The position numbers were made by a program, and so were the translations under genes. Below, piece by piece: positions 60,741 to 64,000 of a DNA stretch of 64,000 bases. The stretch is from assembly GCA_964016885.1 (NCBI GenBank), contig OZ024742.1:1798001-1862000 (forward strand), written 5' to 3'. Source of the stretch: Eledone cirrhosa. Taxonomy: Eukaryota. Each line of letters begins with the position of its first letter. Position 1 is the stretch's first letter. The notes below the pieces were generated by a model. It made no database searches. It worked only from the letters and a program-made list of their open reading frames with translations, and was not told where the DNA came from.

Positions 60741-60861
60741 GATTTGAGCTTAACCAAATACTGTAAGGTATGAAGTTGTAATGGTTCCGTCAATCCTTTA
60801 CCATCACCAGCGCCAACACCACCAGGAAAGTGAGGTAAGCTCCCTTGATCCTCTGGACCAA

Positions 60862-61450
60862 GGTGAGATCAGCTCTGTTGTAATGATCCTCTGGGGTCAG
60901 GAAAGTGAGATCAGCTCTGTTGTAATGATCCTCTGGAGTCAGGAAAGTGAGATAAGCTCTGTTGTGATGATCTTCCGGGGTCAGGAAAGTGAGATAAGCT
61001 TTGTTGTAATGATCCTCTGGAGTCAGGAAAGTGAGATAAGCTCTGTTGTGATGATCTTCCGGGGTCAGGAAAGTGAGATAAGCTTTGTTGTAATGATCCT
61101 CTGGGGTCAGGAAAGTGAGATAAGCTCTGTTGTGATGATCTTCCGGGGTCAGGAAAGTGAGATAAGCTTTGTTGTGATGATCCTCTGGGGTCAGGAAAGT
61201 GAGATAAGCTCTGTTGTGATGATCTTCCGGGGTCAGGAAAGTGAGATAAGCTTTGTTGTGATGATCCTCTGGGGTCAGGAAAGTGAGATAAGCTCTGTTG
61301 TGATGATCCTCCGGGGTCAGGAAAGTGAGATCAGGTCTGTTGTGATGATCCTCCGGGGTCAGGAAAGTGAGATAAGCTCTGTTGTGATGATCCTCTGGGG
61401 CCAGGAAAGTGAGATAAGCTCTGTTGTGATGATCCTCTGGGGTCAGGAAA
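60862..61450. repeat. 42-bp minisatellite GAAAGTGAGATAAGCTCTGTTGTGATGATCCTCTGGGGTCAG
   Basis: Period 42, which produces the 14-aa repeat in ORF 60781-61458. Confidence 0.93.
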
Positions 61451-61525
61451 CAGTTTAATCTTGAAATAATGACTAGCCAATCAAATGTCTCATCAGAACC
61501 TGACTCGGTCTAGATTCTATGTCCG

Positions 61526-64000
61526 GACAATTGATTATACAATGTTAAACTAAATGTAAAGTGTCCCCTCCCCACGACAATTGATTACACAATGTTAAAC
61601 TAAATGTAAAGTGTCCCCTCCCCACGACAATTGATTATACAATGTTAAACTAAATGTAAAGAGTCCCCTCCCCACGACAATTGATTACACAATGTTAAAC
61701 TAAATGTAAAGTGTCCCCTCCCCACGACAATTGATTACACAATGTTAAACTAAATGTAAAGAGTCCCCTCCCCACGACAATTGATTATACAATGTTAAAC
61801 TAAATGTAAAGAGTCCCCTCCCCACGACAATTGATTACACAATGTTAAACTAAATGTAAAGTGTCCCCTCCCCACGACAATTGATTATACAATGTTAAAC
61901 TAAATGTAAAGAGTCCCCTCCCCACGACAATTGATTACACAATGTTAAACTAAATGTAAAGAGTCCCCTCCCCACGACAATTGATTACACAATGTTAAAC
62001 TAAATGTAAAGAGTCCCCTCCCCACGACAATTGATTACACAATGTTAAACTAAATGTAAAGAGTCCCCTCCCCACGACAATTGATTACACAATGTTAAAC
62101 TAAATGTAAAGTGTCCCCTCCCCACGACAATTGATTACACAATGTTAAACTAAATGTAAAGAGTCCCCTCCCCACGACAATTGATTACACAATGTTAAAC
62201 TAAATGTAAAGAGTCCCCTCCCCACGACAATTGATTACACAATGTTAAACTAAATGTAAAGTGTCCCCTCCCCACGACAATTGATTACACAATGTTAAAC
62301 TAAATGTAAAGAGTCCCCTCCCCACGACAATTGATTACACAATGTTAAACTAAATGTAAAGTGTCCCCTCCCCACGACAATTGATTACACAATGTTAAAC
62401 TAAATGTAAAGAGTCCCCTCCCCACGACAATTGATTACACAATGTTAAACTAAATGTAAAGAGTCCCCTCCCCACGACAATTGATTACACAATGTTAAAC
62501 TAAATGTAAAGTGTCCCCTCCCCACGACAATTGATTACACAATGTTAAACTAAATGTAAAGTGTCCCCTCCCCACGACAATTGATTATACAATGTTAAAC
62601 TAAATGTAAAGTGTCCCCTCCCCACGACAATTGATTATACAATGTTAAACTAAATGTAAAGTGTCCCCTCCCCACGACAATTGATTATACAATGTTAAAC
62701 TAAATGTAAAGTGTCCCCTCCCCACGACAATTGATTACACAATGTTAAACTAAATGTAAAGTGTCCCCTCCCCACGACAATTGATTACACAATGTTAAAC
62801 TAAATGTAAAGTGTCCCCTCCCCACGACAATTGATTATACAATGTTAAACTAAATGTAAAGTGTCCCCTCCCCACGACAATTGATTATACAATGTTAAAC
62901 TAAATGTAAAGTGTCCCCTCCCCACGACAATTGATTACACAATGTTAAACTAAATGTAAAGTGTCCCCTCCCCACGACAATTGATTATACAATGTTAAAC
63001 TAAATGTAAAGTGTCCCCTCCCCACGACAATTGATTACACAATGTTAAACTAAATGTAAAGTGTCCCCTCCCCACGACAATTGATTACACAATGTTAAAC
63101 TAAATGTAAAGTGTCCCCTCCCCACGACAATTGATTATACAATGTTAAACTAAATGTAAAGTGTCCCCTCCCCACGACAATTGATTACACAATGTTAAAC
63201 TAAATGTAAAGTGTCCCCTCCCCACGACAATTGATTACACAATGTTAAACTAAATGTAAAGTGTCCCCTCCCCACGACAATTGATTATACAATGTTAAAC
63301 TAAATGTAAAGTGTCCCCTCCCCACGACAATTGATTATACAATGTTAAACTAAATGTAAAGTGTCCCCTCCCCACGACAATTGATTACACAATGTTAAAC
63401 TAAATGTAAAGTGTCCCCTCCCCACGACAATTGATTACACAATGTTAAACTAAATGTAAAGTGTCCCCTCCCCACGACAATTGATTACACAATGTTAAAC
63501 TAAATGTAAAGTGTCCCCTCCCCACGACAATTGATTACACAATGTTAAACTAAATGTAAAGAGTCCCCTCCCCACGACAATTGATTACACAATGTTAAAC
63601 TAAATGTAAAGTGTCCCCTCCCCACGACAATTGATTATACAATGTTAAACTAAATGTAAAGTGTCCCCTCCCCACGACAATTGATTATACAATGTTAAAC
63701 TAAATGTAAAGTGTCCCCTCCCCACGACAATTGATTATACAATGTTAAACTAAATGTAAAGAGTCCCCTCCCCACGACAATTGATTACACAATGTTAAAC
63801 TAAATGTAAAGTGTCCCCTCCCCACGACAATTGATTACACAATGTTAAACTAAATGTAAAGAGTCCCCTCCCCACGACAATTGATTACACAATGTTAAAC
63901 TAAATGTAAAGTGTCCCCTCCCCACGACAATTGATTATACAATGTTAAACTAAATGTAAAGTGTCCCCTCCCCACGACAATTGATTATACAATGTTAAAC
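61526..64000. repeat. Highly homogeneous 50-bp satellite GACAATTGATTA(C/T)ACAATGTTAAACTAAATGTAAAG(T/A)GTCCCCTCCCCAC, running off the window
   Basis: About 49 copies at exact period 50, with only two variable positions seen. Confidence 0.98.

Noticed and set aside
60781-61458. 225-aa ORF with 14-aa repeats
   Set aside because: By-product of a 42-bp minisatellite, with no evidence of coding constraint or splice context.

Overview
Eukaryotic, AT-rich, very repeat-dense animal DNA. The microsatellites, SINEs and RTE LINEs are typical of a cephalopod (Octopus-like), which is an inference. Most long ORFs in the track are translations of simple repeats. Supported coding content: the last coding exon of a class A GPCR with a roughly 500-aa third intracellular loop (minus strand, 44116-46076), possibly the last exon of another gene at the window start, and decayed transposons. 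The transposons are two Penelope-like elements (RT plus GIY-YIG, one Naiad-like), a 5'-truncated RTE LINE with a PHD-like finger, and an internally deleted mariner with long TIRs. The most striking signal is non-coding: about a dozen type I hammerhead-ribozyme-like motifs from several unrelated sequence families lie in short elements at (TA)n/(CA)n microsatellites. Several of these elements show fold-back inversions, and one family occurs as circularly permuted, greater-than-unit-length ~530-nt copies. This suggests a diverse set of PLE-mobilised, retrozyme-like self-cleaving RNA elements. All structures were read by eye; none were checked by folding software or database search.
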